Positions 11,870-25,125 of a stretch of 64,000 nt of DNA are shown piece by piece. The DNA comes from Octopus vulgaris (taxonomy: Eukaryota): NCBI GenBank assembly GCA_951406725.2, contig OX597821.1, positions 45,260,001 through 45,324,000 on the forward strand, read 5' to 3'. The notes beneath the pieces were generated by a model. The model had not been told where the DNA came from. It did no database searches and saw only the letters and a program-made list of their open reading frames with translations. Made by a program: the position numbers and the translations under genes. Position 1 is the first letter of the stretch. Each line of letters starts with the position of its first letter.

Positions 11870-13520
11870 ATAGTTTATCTACTTTACTTTTTGTTTTATG
11901 CATAATTCCTTTCATTGATACTGAGAAAAGTAACATCTGGATATAAGCTTAAAGGAAAACAGCGAAATATCAACCATTTATTATTTATGGATAATTTCAA
12001 AGCTGTATAATAAGGACGGAGCCGAAGTTAGTTCTTTAGTTAATCATTGTTTTAGCAAGGACATCGAAATGGAATTTGATTTTAAAAAATGTGGAGTAAT
12101 ATTCGTGACGTATACTACCATCAGAGGAAATAATCATTTCTGCCATAGGTTCAAGGCTTGAAATTTTAAGGAGATGGGTGTAAATCGATTACATCAACCT
12201 CAGTATTCAACTGGTACTTATTTAATCGATTTCGAAAGGAAGAAAGACAAAGTTGACCTCATTGACCTCATTGGAATTTGAACCCAGAACATAAAGGCAG
12301 ACGAAATTCTGCCAAGCATTTAGCCTGGTGTGCAAGCGATTCTGCCTGTTCGTCACTTTCATTAGAAGAAATAATGAAAAGGATGGCTGATGCTGAGTAT
12401 AAATATCTGAGCATATTGGAGGTGAATGCAGTGATGGAAAAGAAACGAATCAAAAAGTTTCTCCAAAGACCTTGACTGGTGCAGCAGTTAAAACTGAATG
12501 GAAGAAATAAGTTTCAAGTAATCAATACATGGGCAATTGAATTATTGAGCTATGGTACAGGTATTAACATTTGGAGGAAAGCAGAATTACAGTCGTTAGA
12601 CAGAAAATTTAGAAAACTACTCACAATGCACGGCACATTATTCCTGAAGAGCTACATTGACAGGTGTATCGAATCAGACACAAAGGTGGGCGAGGGCTAA
12701 TCAGCTGTGGAAGTTGTTTATATTTGCCATAAACAGGGCTGACTCTTGTTTGGGGGACAAAATAATACAAAAACAAAGAGAAAAAAGGAATAATGAAAAT
12801 GAAAGAAAATGGAATGAAAAATATGTACAGGTAGATTACGAGAGGGGTGAGCTGAAATGAGACGCCGATGGAAGGTGCGCAAGAACAAACACTTAAGGGC
12901 AAATTACGCCAAATGCAGGATTGATAATACAATTGAAAGTAACAAATGCAGATTGTGAGTTGATGAAGGTGAAACTGTTTGGCATATTCTAAATGTGTAT
13001 ACGAAGCTAGCACAAAGTAATACAAAAGAAAATACAATAATGTTGCAAGAATGAGTTACAAGGAGTTGTGTGATAAGTATGGATTAGAGAGAGTAAAGAC
13101 GTGGAATGGGCACGAATGAGAAAATAAAGATACTGCAAGATGTAATGATATTGAGGTAATTAATTAAGAGGAAAAACATCTGTTTAATCATAGAAGTATG
13201 CCCTGGTGATGACAGTGACAAAAAAGAAAATGAAAAGAAACAGGTGAGATATGATGACTTGAAGAGGGAAAAAAGACTGTAGCCATTAAAGGTAGGTGTG
13301 ATCTCTATTGTTATTGTAGCCACGGGTATTATAAGTAACAAGCTCAAATATCGGAATAAAAAGATAGGAGTAAATGTGAATGCAAAACATCTACAGAAAA
13401 CAGCGTTGCTTGGAACTGTTCCATTCTTCCGCAGAGCTATCAAAATCGGAATGAAAAGCGTTACCGTAGTCTACCAATTGTGGACATTCTGCAGGGAAGT
13501 TGCTGCGTTTCAACAAGATA
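11870..13520 (+). mobile_element. Highly degenerate R4/Dong-clade RLE LINE (RT C-terminus to endonuclease)
   Basis: INHLLFMDNFK, DIEMEFDFKKCG, YKYLSILE, KLNGRNKFQVINTWAI, LDRKFRKLLTMHG, HLQKTALLGT; interrupted by SINE B. Confidence 0.8.
12135..12357 (-). mobile_element. SINE family B nested in LINE
   Basis: caaggcttgaaatttt...actggtacttatttaatcg...ggaatttgaacccagaac...gattctgcc. Confidence 0.8.
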
Positions 13521-13644
13521 AATAATGATAATACGCGAAAGTTCTCCAGAATAAACCAGTCTGTTGATTTTCATGAAAATCCAGTGTTTTCCTTTTTTGC
13601 TCACCTATAACCCTCTACGAAAGCCAACATAAAACTTTCTCTTA

Positions 13645-13935
<291 letters not shown>

Positions 13936-14283
13936 TTCGTAACATCGGCACAAGGACACACATTTTGGGGGAACTGTATAGTTAATATAATGAAATCCAT
14001 TACTTAAATGATGTTTAAAAAAGAGAAGTAGTAGGAATAAAACCCAGTAAGGAAAAAGTTAAAATGGATCTGGTCGGTATTTGAAGTCAGAACATAAAAA
14101 CAATGTAATAAAGTAGTACATCTCCACCACTCCACTGATTTTCGGTGTTCTGCATTTATAAAACACGGAGTATAAAGATAACAAGACAATAGGAAGGAAA
14201 AAATAAGGAGAAATCGAAATGAAAGATTTAAAAATATTAGGTCTTACCAGAGAGAAAACAGATGTAAATAGTATGACACCTCC

Positions 14284-14398
14284 GTCTCTGATGGAAGAAA
14301 CACTACTGCTTTTAATGCTCTTACTACTATTACTACTATTACTACGTCTCTGAAGAAACACTACTGCTTTTAATGCTGTTACTGCTATTACTACTATC
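14284..14398. repeat. ~58-bp tandem duplication
   Basis: gaagaaacactactgcttttaatgct...actactat occurs twice. Confidence 0.8.
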
Positions 14399-14934
14399 AA
14401 TTTCTCTGTTACATTTCAGTTTGAGGTCACTTAAATTTATATTTAGGCATTAAAACTTGTAATCTAATATTGTAAACAACTGGCCTATTTCTTCCCTCTA
14501 AACGATTGTAACTAGTAAAAAGCCAAAAGAAAACAAAAGAAAACAAAATACCCCCACCCCCCAAAACAAAAACAAACAAACAAACAAACAAAAAACAAAC
14601 AAAAGCAAAACAAAAGCGAAAAGTAAGAAAAAATAAAAGAGAGAAAGTAAATGGAAAATGAATGGGAGTGAATATTATGCTCTGATAAAATGACATATCA
14701 CAGAGTCGTAGGTGTCAGCAGTAGACGGCAACCAGTCCGAATTCCGTCATAAACATTGCGTTGTGTTTATAATAAATATATAACACAACAACCAGTTAAC
14801 AAACACTTGTTCTCTAATATTGCATATCCTGTACTTAACAAATACATCACATGCTTCTCTCTCCCCCTTTCTCTTTAACTCTCTCTCCCTCTCCCTCTCT
14901 CTCTCTCTCTTTGGTATATATTCTTAGTTTTGAA

Positions 14935-15040
14935 AACATGTTAGTGTATCCCATAAACAAGAAAAGGAACTCCTCTGACCCTACCAACTATCGTCTAATC
15001 GTACTCATTTCAATGCCTCAAAGTAATGGAAATAGCCAAT
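14935..15040 (+). mobile_element. Short CR1/L2/Jockey-type LINE RT fragment
   Basis: PINKKRNSSDPTNYRLIVLIS resembles the conserved PIxKKGxxxDPxNYRPISL motif. Confidence 0.6.
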
Positions 15041-15045
15041 TAGCG

Positions 15046-15223
<178 letters not shown>

Positions 15224-15770
15224 CAAAACAAAGTTATTATATTCCAAATAAGTAGAAATATAGAAAAAAAAGCTGAAAATGCACTAGAAGTCTTTTAGAT
15301 GGTTTAGTTTTAAAGGCTACCCGTTTCCACAGATTTATCTTATTTTAAAAAGTTAAATGAGATAGAAAGACGTAGGGCTATGTCGCAACTGCTTTGCTTC
15401 TGACTGGAGTTCGAAAATTCTGTTTTTATACAGAGAACATGGCTCAAATTTATATGATTTAGGATGCAATTTGATTGGTAGAGGATGATTACGTGATTAT
15501 GCTTGGAAATTTTTGCAAATTCCCCGCCACATCTGTGCCTAAATGGCATGTGACAATATTTTTTTGCGTCGAGATTTAAGGCTGACACACTTGAGTGAAC
15601 GTGTCTAGTAATAGTCCCAAACAACCAAAACTCCCTAAATTTAATCTGTATGGTAGAAGATGATCACGTGGTTAAGTTTCGAAATATTTCCCGCTACGTC
15701 TCTGCGTTAATCGTTGACACGATTGAGTGAACTTGTTTATTAACAGTCCTCAAATCAAGTGGCAGAATAA

Positions 15771-15808
<38 letters not shown>

Positions 15809-16078
15809 TTGTTGGTGAATATATTTTGTTAAAGTTTATTCGGTAGTGGTTTGTATTTTCGTAGGAATATATCTTTTCATTGTTTGTTCGTATATAAATG
15901 AATAGAAGTGTTTGTGTATAATCGATATAAAAATGTTATCATGCTATGAGATAACAGAATATTTAGCCTATGACCTCCTTCATTCATTCATTTGTTAAGG
16001 ATTTTTTGTATGTATGCCTGTATTACATACACACCCAAGCCCACCCACACACACAAACACACACACACACACACGCGC

Positions 16079-16111
<33 letters not shown>

Positions 16112-16249
16112 CATATATATCTGAAGTCATGTCTGTAACTTTCTGCCGATAAAAATATCAAAAGTATATACTCATGTACTGAATTCTACCTCTTCGTTTT
16201 GTTCTAACACACACAGAGACACACACACACACACACACACACGCACGCA

Positions 16250-16445
16250 CCATTTATCTTTCTGTCTTTTAGTTGTTTCAGTCATTGAACTGTAGCCATG
16301 CTGGAGCACCTCCTCGAAGGGTTTAGTCGAACAAATCAACCCCAGACCCCAATACTGACTTTTTTTACTGGTACTTATTGTATCGGTTCTTTTGTCGTGC
16401 CGCTTAGTTATGGGGACATAAACCAATACCAGTTGTCAATTGGTG
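16250..16445 (-). mobile_element. SINE family A, 3' half
   Basis: ttgtttcagtcatt...ccatgctggagcacc...ggtacttatt...gttgtcaa is the rc of the family A tail. Confidence 0.8.
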
Positions 16446-16466
16446 AAGTGTAATATATATATAGGG

Positions 16467-16517
<51 letters not shown>

Positions 16518-17459
16518 TATATATATATGTCAATATCTATGAAGTTAAAATGACGGAACAAAGAGAGCTCAAAGAACATACAAAACAATCTGATTAATCC
16601 TTACCGACTTTAATAGAAAACTAAAGGAAATAAAAGATGAAATATTAGTCATTTAGAAACAAAATAACTCGAAACAAAGTAACTCCAGAATACTGTTCCA
16701 CCATCATCTCAAGAGCTTGTTCTTCCCTACTTAACTGTATTAACATAACAAAACACAAACCACAAACCAAAAATAGCAGTATCATCAACAGTACTAAATT
16801 CAAATTCAGTCAGGATTGCACAATACCAGAGTTAAATACAGAGGATCATGAACTATTTCTCGCCGACGAGAATAACAATTCATATCATATCTGCTCTATT
16901 TACGAACAGTACATAAGAGTTATACAAAAATAGACTGTACAGTGTACAAAATGCAACATGTCTTGGTGAAGATTCATCGCCTCATGTAATAAATCATTGC
17001 ACATTAAGTATATGCAATATAGTCCTCGTCTAGGTGATGGCATGATACATATGAAGTGTTAGACATCCGGCAACGTTTATTGATCGACTGACTATCTACT
17101 ATCAGCAGACGTCTACTCAGTCAGACTGATCGTAGGTTGCTCAACAACTATTTCAAGGAATTTGTGCTACCTAAATTGGAATGACAAAATGTTATTAAAT
17201 TTATAGTTAGCTTCACAAATCCTATTGCTAAAGAACTGGTGAAAATGACAATAAGCTCTATAGCGAAATACTTTGTATTGATTATCGTAAACTGCAATGA
17301 CAAATACACGAGGTGGATTTTACGATAATGCTTCACAAAGGACCTTACCATAACGCCTCATAGGGAAATATAATCAAAGATAAAACAAGGTTATTTTAAT
17401 TCGGAAGATTTAAATTAAATTCTATTTTCATATTGTTTCCTGAATTCTAACATTTTGAC

Positions 17460-17687
17460 TATCCCTGATAGTCTTCTGAACATGAGCTGTTAGTCTAAAC
17501 TCTGATAATCTTCCGGGCTTAAACTATTTATCTAAATTCTGATTGCCTTCTGGACTTGAACTGTTAATATAAACTCTTCTAATCCTCTCTGCTTGAACTG
17601 TCAATCTAAACTGATAGCCCTCAAGAGTTGAATTCTTAATCTAAACTCTGATTGTCTCCTGCGCTTGAGCCATTAGTCTAAACTTCC
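17460..17687. repeat. Degenerate 37-bp minisatellite, ~6 units
   Basis: Unit AAACTCTGATAATCTTCYGGRCTTGAACTGTTARTCT recurs with ~37-bp spacing. Confidence 0.8.
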
Positions 17688-18459
17688 TCTGTGAAGGAAA
17701 TAAAGTTATTGAGAAATGATTGAATCCAGTGATTTTTATTTCAAGAAAACAATATTTTGTTTCAAGCCACTAAAAATAGTTTCAGATGGTTATTTTCTTA
17801 ATAAAGTACCTCTGTCGTCACGTTATCTTTATCGATTATCGTGTCTTAATCATGTTGTCAAGACGGTAAGTGAATACTGACAACATAATTTATATCTTTA
17901 TATCTAGTTATAACGTTTTTTTCATAGGTGCAGTATTTCAATTTTAGAATAGGTAATAGAAATGGAAAATTGGGACATTCATGTCTTTCCGAATTGCTTC
18001 AGTAGCCTAAGTGCAGTAAAATATCTACACCGAGGAATCGAGATCAAATTTATAGATTCAGCTTGTTGAGAGCTTAGATGCTGTCGTAGCATGTTCACTG
18101 GTGGTGCATAAAATATTTTATTAATTATAATTTAACTTTTATACACTGTGCAACGTTATCAGTCTCCAGTCGAAATATTGAACATTGAACTCTAATCACA
18201 TACTGAAATATTACCGAGGAATAAATAATGATAGAAATCTGCCTGGGGTTGACATTGCCTTTCGTTCCTCTGATATCAATGAATCCGACATGTTCTGAAG
18301 GTAGTTCAATCTATAATTCTCCTCCTTTGCGTTTATACTTATATTTACATTAGCAGTTATTTTTCATATTGACTACATTATCCACAGGGAACATTATAAA
18401 GTAAAAGGTAACCGTCGTGATTTTAATCTTCATTTGGAGTGACTGTATTTCACTCTCAC

Positions 18460-18524
18460 CTTTGGGACCACTGGGAAAGGCATGAAAGCTCACATTCCAT
18501 CTCTGCCACCTTAAATTGCGTAAC
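18460..18524 (-). other. Candidate 65-nt exon of an unidentified host gene
   Basis: Minus strand gttttcttttgtttaatttcag|GTTACG...CCCAAAG|gtgaga; two open frames (LRNLRWQRWNVSFHAFPSGPK or VTQFKVAEMECELSCLSQWSQ); no homology recognised. Confidence 0.35.
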
Positions 18525-18560
18525 CTGAAATTAAACAAAAGAAAACATTATTCATCACTC

Positions 18561-18608
<48 letters not shown>

Positions 18609-20408
18609 ACACGCACGCGCGCGCGCCTGTATGTATACATCCACTCCAGCTTAATTCTCGTCTGATCCATTTTATGGAAGAGATATTTCAAATTTGTATT
18701 GGAGATCAAGTGACTTGATCTAAAAGTAGCTTCTATTAAGAATAAGAGATGAATACATTAAGACTGACTTGAACAGTATATCAAAGGCTACCATTTCATA
18801 TATCCAAAGATATTTCGTGATGGAATCTTTCATAACTATAATCTGGAAGCAAATACAACAAAAATGTAAAGTAAATTTATTTTCATGCTGATTTTTTCAC
18901 TTATAGGATCCCTCCATCCTCCGAAATAATCGATTAATAATTTTCCATCTTGTAGCGCAAAGAAACATATTTGATTATTCTTCAAAGCAATTTAATCCTT
19001 TCCACTTCTTTATCCTAGAGCGATTAGTCTTCAGACAGTGTTTATTTTTGTTGCTTTCCCTTTTTCAGATAGAGGGGATAACGGCAAAACTTATGTATTA
19101 TGTAACATATCTTCAATATAAAATACAACAAAAGTATAAAAATTTTGATATGTTTTGGTTATTTGACAGAATTTGTACTTATAATTGTTGTATATAGCGA
19201 TGTTGTGAAAAGTATGTGTCAAGCCCTTATGTGACATCATTGTGTTGTAAAGGTTACTTCTTTAAATCTGATGATGTGATGTGATGTGAAGACTACTTAT
19301 CGAGATCTCATGGTGGATATCACGCTATATTTCAGATTTTTCTTGTAAAGGACGTAATATTCTATAGTTTATTTACTTCAGTACTCACAATTTTAATAAC
19401 TTAAAAATGAAATTTCGAAAAAAAAAAGAAGAAAAAAATGAAAATACCTAAAGTCCTGAAACTTATTTCATTTTTACCTTTGAATATTAGATTTCGTTTG
19501 AAATGTTTTAGTTTTATCAATTTGAATTTTTAAACCGAAACAAAGAAAGCAATATAAATGAAAGACTAGCCCGGGTTATAGTTATGGAATTGTAGTGCAA
19601 CAGGTACTGTACTCCTCCTTTTTGTTTGTTCCTTTTCTCTCTTTTCCTTCCTTGAATCGATGATAATAATAACAAGATGATCGGAAATTATTTGGACACA
19701 AGAAGCAGCATGTATGGCAATGAACATTATACCTTAATATTTATCTTGTGACTAACTTCAATGAATAGAAACATCTTACTGACAGTAGATTCTATTTTTT
19801 AATCTGAACGGAAAACAGTTGCAATATGTAACGTATTAACTAGATAAGACTAACTAGGCTGTAATGGAATTTGCAATCTGGAGAAGGAGATTAAGTGGAT
19901 TTTATTGTGATTCAATGTGATGTACATTGTCGTTGAACTTTCTTAGAGATAATCCAAACTAGCTATGTATATTGCATACTCAAACAAAAATCTTAAATTG
20001 GTGCAAAGCTGCGTGGGAAGTTGAAGAATGAATAATATGAGTTGGGTTAGATCTACATGGAATGTAGTAGGAGTATTTTATAAGCACGCGCGCCCGCACA
20101 CATACACAAACACAGTTCTTACGTTAGAGTGAGAAACAAAATATTCTATAGTGGATTTATAGTCAACTGAATCAAACCCAATGTATGTCTGGCACTTATT
20201 TTATCTGCCCTCTAAGAATGAAAAGCTAAGCCAATGCGGCAAACTTCGAATTCTAAACAAAGAGGAACAAAAGCAAATCACTGTAATGGTACAACGCTGG
20301 AGCTTCCTTGTTCCCTGCTCTCGGGTCCCATTATTAACGTGTTGCATTTGTGTATACACTCATACATGCACATAAAATTGAAACAACAACAACAACAACA
20401 ACAATAAT

Positions 20409-20622
20409 AATCCTTTCTACTAAAGGCACAAGGCCTGAAATTTTGGGGGAGGGGACGAGTTGATTACATCGTTCACAGTGTTCCACTGATACTTTATTTA
20501 TTGACCCCAAAAGGATGAAAGGCAAAGTCGATCTCGGTGGAATTTGAACTCAGAACGTAGCGACGGGCAAAATACCGCTCAGCATTTCATCCAGCGTGTA
20601 ATGATTCTGCCAGCTCGCCGCC
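20409..20622 (-). mobile_element. SINE family B (tail type 1)
   Basis: Full head-to-tail match to other copies; flanked by (CAA/TAA)n. Confidence 0.9.
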
Positions 20623-20624
20623 TA

Positions 20625-20664
20625 TATAATAATGGTAATAGTAATAACAATAGTAGTAGTAGTA

Positions 20665-20717
<53 letters not shown>
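20625..20717. repeat. (TAA)n tract
   Basis: Direct reading. Confidence 0.95.
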
Positions 20718-21478
20718 TGGCTGATAGGTGGGAGGAGAAACCTCTGCACGGCAAATATGTGACCCGCAGCAAACAGAGGCAAACCCATCAGTGGCTACGG
20801 AGCTCAGGGCTAAAAGCAGAGAGCGAAGGTTTCATCCTGGCTGCTCAAGACCAAAGCCTATTAACCCGGAACTACCAGGCCAATGTGATGAAAAATGGAG
20901 CAGACCCAAAATGCCGATTCTGCAACGACATGATTGAAACAGTGGACCACCTAATCTCTGGATGTAAAGTCTTAGCACCAGTGGAGTATAAATTAAGACA
21001 TGACAGAGTTGGCCAATATCTCCACTGGCTAATAAGTCGGCATTACAATATCAAAACTGCCGACAAGTGGTATAATCACCACCCTGAGGCTGTAACTGAA
21101 GGAGAAAATGTAACCATTCTGTGGGACTTTCCAGTACATACAGACCGAACCATCAAGGCCAATAAACCAGATATTGTTGTGAAAGACCAAAACAATAAAG
21201 TTTGCTTATTGATCGACATGAGCATCCCCTGTGATCATAATATCTCAGCGAAAGAGTTTGACAAGCTCAGAAAATATAAAGACCTACTCATTGAAATTGA
21301 GAAAATGTGGCATCTCAAGGCGGTTACAATACCAGTGATCGTAGGAGCACTAGGAATGATCAAGAAGGGAACCGAAAATTATATGAGAATGATCCCTGGC
21401 TTACCATCCCTGCAAGAAGTGCAAAAGATTGTCTTAACTGGTACATCACACGTATTGAGAAGAGCATTGTCGATGTGA
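20717..21478 (+). CDS. R4/Dong-clade retrotransposon C-terminal ORF fragment (CCHC knuckle plus restriction-like endonuclease), 5'-truncated
   Basis: KCRFC-x8-H-x4-C, RHD, KPDIVV...LIDMSIP...KYKDL, IPVIVGALG, VLRRALSM*; uninterrupted frame of 253 aa, no true start codon. Confidence 0.93.
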
Positions 21479-21652
21479 GAACTGTTGCTGCTCATGTATT
21501 TTAATTTAACTTAAAAAAAAAAAAAAAAAAAATGAACGAACTACTGAGTTTGGTTTAATGGCCTACCAATATACACTATGAGTTTCTTTGCCCTAGGAGT
21601 CGGGAAGACACTCGGCAAGAAATGGAAGAAAATTTGAAAGAAGAAAAAAAAA
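20718..21652 (+). mobile_element. Dong-like element copy 1 (ORF plus 3'UTR) between (TAA)n tracts
   Basis: (TAA)n on both sides; 3'UTR with GCCCTAGGAGTCGGGAAGACACTCGGC. Confidence 0.9.
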
Positions 21653-21708
21653 GTAATAATAATAATAATAATAATAATAATGATGATAATAATAATAATA
21701 ATGATAAA

Positions 21709-22263
21709 TGTCCCAATGCAGTACCAGGCAGTGACTCTCATGGCTTTGATCTTAACTGATTGGAAGTGTTATCATGTACATTGTTTTGTCTTGGTATAAA
21801 AGATGGGCTACAGCAAATATTCTGCTCAATACCACAGATTTGCTTGTCAGTTGTTTGATCTTAACCAGTTGAACATGTCCCTTAGTGGCTGACGATATGT
21901 GCATTTCTGATCCCGAGCAGAAGTAGTGGGGGAGCATCATAACCATGTTTTGAGAGGGATTTTTTTGGGGTTTGAATAATTCACCTCTGGAAACATGGGT
22001 GTTTCGTTCAACATCCTTAAACAACCCTTATTCAGGGACCTTCTGAGCGGGATGTGTTACTAGACCAGAAGAAAATTCTAACTGGGCCCCACCTACAACA
22101 TCATGCACTGTTTATCTTGATATGAGGTCACCATGTTGCACACATATGGTTGTGATGCATGTGCCTAGTGTACCCTTATCAGACGGGTAGTCATGAAGGG
22201 TATATTGGGCTTCGTATATATTACTCCAGTGTCACTTTGATGGCATGCACTGCTCTCTCACTC
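21709..22263 (+). mobile_element. Non-coding ~555-bp interspersed element C embedded in trinucleotide tracts, copy 1
   Basis: Near-identical to 33955-34507 and 55551-55979; ends CTCTCTCACTC then AATAA. Confidence 0.85.
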
Positions 22264-22366
22264 AATAACAACTACAACAACAACAACAACAACGGCGACG
22301 ACGACGACGACGACGACGATGATGATGATGATGATGATGATGATAATGATGGTGATGATGATGATG

Positions 22367-24096
22367 GATTACGCCTAGTTGGAAAACGTGTCTTTCCTGT
22401 AACAACCAACACTTAGTCGAGGTAACAATCAAAAGAGGTATCTTCCAAGGTGACTCTTGTTCACCTCTGTTATTTGTTATAGCCTTGATCCCACTTTCTG
22501 TAGTCCTACAACAAATTAGCTTGCATTATGAGCCGAGAAAGGATGGACTTCGTCTCAACCACCTTCTGTTCATAGATGATTAAATCTATTCGCAAAAACA
22601 GATCCTGAAATGGAGAGGTTGGTTGAGACTGTGCAAAGGTGCAGCAAGGATACAGGGATGGAATTCAGTATCTCCAAATGTGTGGTGCTTACTTTAAAGC
22701 GGGGAAAAGTGTAAATTCTAGGGGTATAGAATTGCCAAACGGAGAGAGAATGGAAAACCCGGATGATAATGGGTACAAGTATCTTGAGATCCTATAGCTG
22801 GACAATAGCTTGCACAAAGAAATGGAAGACAAGTTCATCACTGCATATTTCAAGCGCCTCAAACTTCTCTTGAAATCAAAGCCCAACTCAAGGAACGTTG
22901 TGACTGCCGTCTACATATGAGCTGTTGCAGTCCGCTAGAGTATCCCCACCCTGAAATGGACACAAGTGGAGATGAAGCAACTCGATTGCACTATCCGAAA
23001 GACAATGACAATGCATGGCGCCCTCCACCCTAAGGCAAATGTACACAGGCTCTACATGAAGAGAGATAAGGGTGGACGTAGGCTGATTAGCATGCGGAAC
23101 TGCATCAACATTGAAAGAAGAAACATGGCGGAATATTTGGTGAACAGCAAACAACAACTGCTACAATATGCAGCTAGTGCAGAAAGAGTTAGCAAAAATG
23201 GTCTTGACAGTGCTGATGAATTTCAATCAAGAACAGCCAACGAGAGAGAAGAAACCCTACTCCATATGGAATTACATGGTCAGTTCCACCGAGAAGCCAA
23301 CAAATTAAAAGACCAGTAAGCATCATTGAGGTGGCTCAACAAGGGTGACCTAAAAAAGAATACCTAAAGTCTAATAATTGCGGTCCAGGACCAGGAATTG
23401 AATACCAACTCAGTGAAAAGGAATATATACCGCACGAGAACAAAAGACCTCTACAGAATGTGTGGGGAGAGGGTCGAAAGCTTGACTCACATTGTTAATG
23501 CTTGTGAAAGTCTTGCGCAGAAAGAGTAAAAGCGTAGACACGACAAGGTAGCCCAAAAACTCCACTAACTACTATGCCGTAAGTATGGATATGAGGTAAC
23601 GGGTGCTTGGTAACAACATACGCCAGAAAAAGTAATGGACGAAAAAGGGAAAGCAAAAATCCTCTGGGACTTTGATTTCAAGGTGTTAGAGCACATAAGA
23701 CCGGATATGGTAACCTTTAGGCGGGACAAACAAGAGTACCTAATAATTGACGTAGCAGTGCCAGGAGATTAACATATCAACAAGAAAGAAAAGGAAAAAG
23801 ATGATAAATATGGAGACCTGAGAATTGAGATTACTAAGATGTGGCAGCTACGAGAGTCGAACGTAAAGCTTATCCCTATTGTCATCGGAGCAATCTGAAA
23901 GAACATCTGAAAACCTTAGAAATATCCTACAGTCTAGATGTATTGAAAAAGTCGGCATTATTTGGAACTGCACGCATATTGCGTAAAGTACTGACTGTCT
24001 GAGGTCCTTGATGTGGCTTGACAAACAGTACAAACCTCCAGTAGACACAATATCTTCAATCAACAACCTCACGATATTAGATACTGTGCGACGTCT
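22367..24096 (+). mobile_element. Dong/R4-like element copy 2, pseudogenised (RT to RLE)
   Basis: IKRGIFQGDS, LNHLLFIDD, MHGALHPKANVHRLYMKRDKGGRRL, RHDKV, ILWDFD, LLGTARILRKVL; many stops; followed by (GAT)n(TAA)n to ~24225. Confidence 0.9.
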
Positions 24097-24137
24097 ATGA
24101 TGATGATGATGATGATGATGATGATAATAATAATAAT

Positions 24138-24196
<59 letters not shown>

Positions 24197-24689
24197 TATT
24201 AATAATAATAATAATAATGACAATTATTCAACCACGGTAGTGATTGAATATATTTTCAAGTTCACCATTTCGTCGATCGCAGCAGCTTCCAAGTTTCACC
24301 ACTAATTCAGTTCTCAACTAAATTGCAATTAGTTTTAAAGAAGACACCTCCTCAGCTACACTTTGGCATAAATAGTTTGCGATTTGGTTCAGTAGAAAAT
24401 AAGTTACATCAAAATATGCCAGATCTCAAATGGGCAGTAAGGCAGATATTCATCTTCAATTAACATATTTTTTTAGATTTTAAATTAAAAGTATACTTTT
24501 CTTAAGCTTAAATGGTAGAAAAATGCACGAGGAATTCAGAATCGTTAGTCGCATTGAACAAAAATTAGTAGAAAAAGAGTTATGAAGTAAAATGTTACGA
24601 AATTTAATGTCAGTAATAAGGAAGTAAGAAGTAACGCTTAAGCAATAAGAATAAAGAATATATTTATAAAATGACTGCTTACATTCCAA

Positions 24690-25125
24690 GACGGCTATCT
24701 AGCAGAATCGTTAATTCTCCAGGTGAAATGCATAGCGTTATTTCGTCTGTCGTTATACTTTGAGTTCAAATTTCGCCGAGCTCGACTTTGACATACGGAT
24801 TATTTAATTATTTTTTTTTTAAAAACTAAACACTTTCAACTTCTGATACTGGTAGAATATGTCACATAGAACAGAATTTATTCTTAACGTTTTTGACAAA
24901 ATTTTGTATTTTAGAAGCAGTATTTCGTCTTTCTTTACGTTCTGAGTTCAAATTTGCCTTTCATCCATTTCGGATCTATTGAATTAGACGCACAGATTAT
25001 TTAATTAATTTTCTAAAACTGAATACTTTCAAACTTCCGATACTGGTAAAATGCGTCACATAGAACAGGGTTTACTCTTAAAGTTTTTGACAAAATTTTG
25101 TATTTTAGAAGTTATTTCGTCACAA
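24690..25125. repeat. ~195-bp tandem duplication of a SINE B head fragment plus a fragment related to the 37507 MITE
   Basis: gagttcaaattt...gattatttaatt...gatactggta...ttttgacaaaattttgtattttagaag occurs twice; aactaaacactttcaacttc.gatactggtagaat is the rc of ~37851-37892. Confidence 0.75.

Noticed and set aside
17460-17687. CRISPR-like appearance of the 37-bp array
   Set aside because: Units are contiguous and degenerate with no unique spacers; eukaryotic context and no cas genes
21886-21915. CTGACGA in element C as a hammerhead core
   Set aside because: Not followed by stem II plus GAAA
21752-22024. Recurrent minus-strand ORF MHISSATKGH... (also at 33795 and 55375)
   Set aside because: Recurs only because element C is repeated; frame boundaries differ among copies and no domain is recognisable
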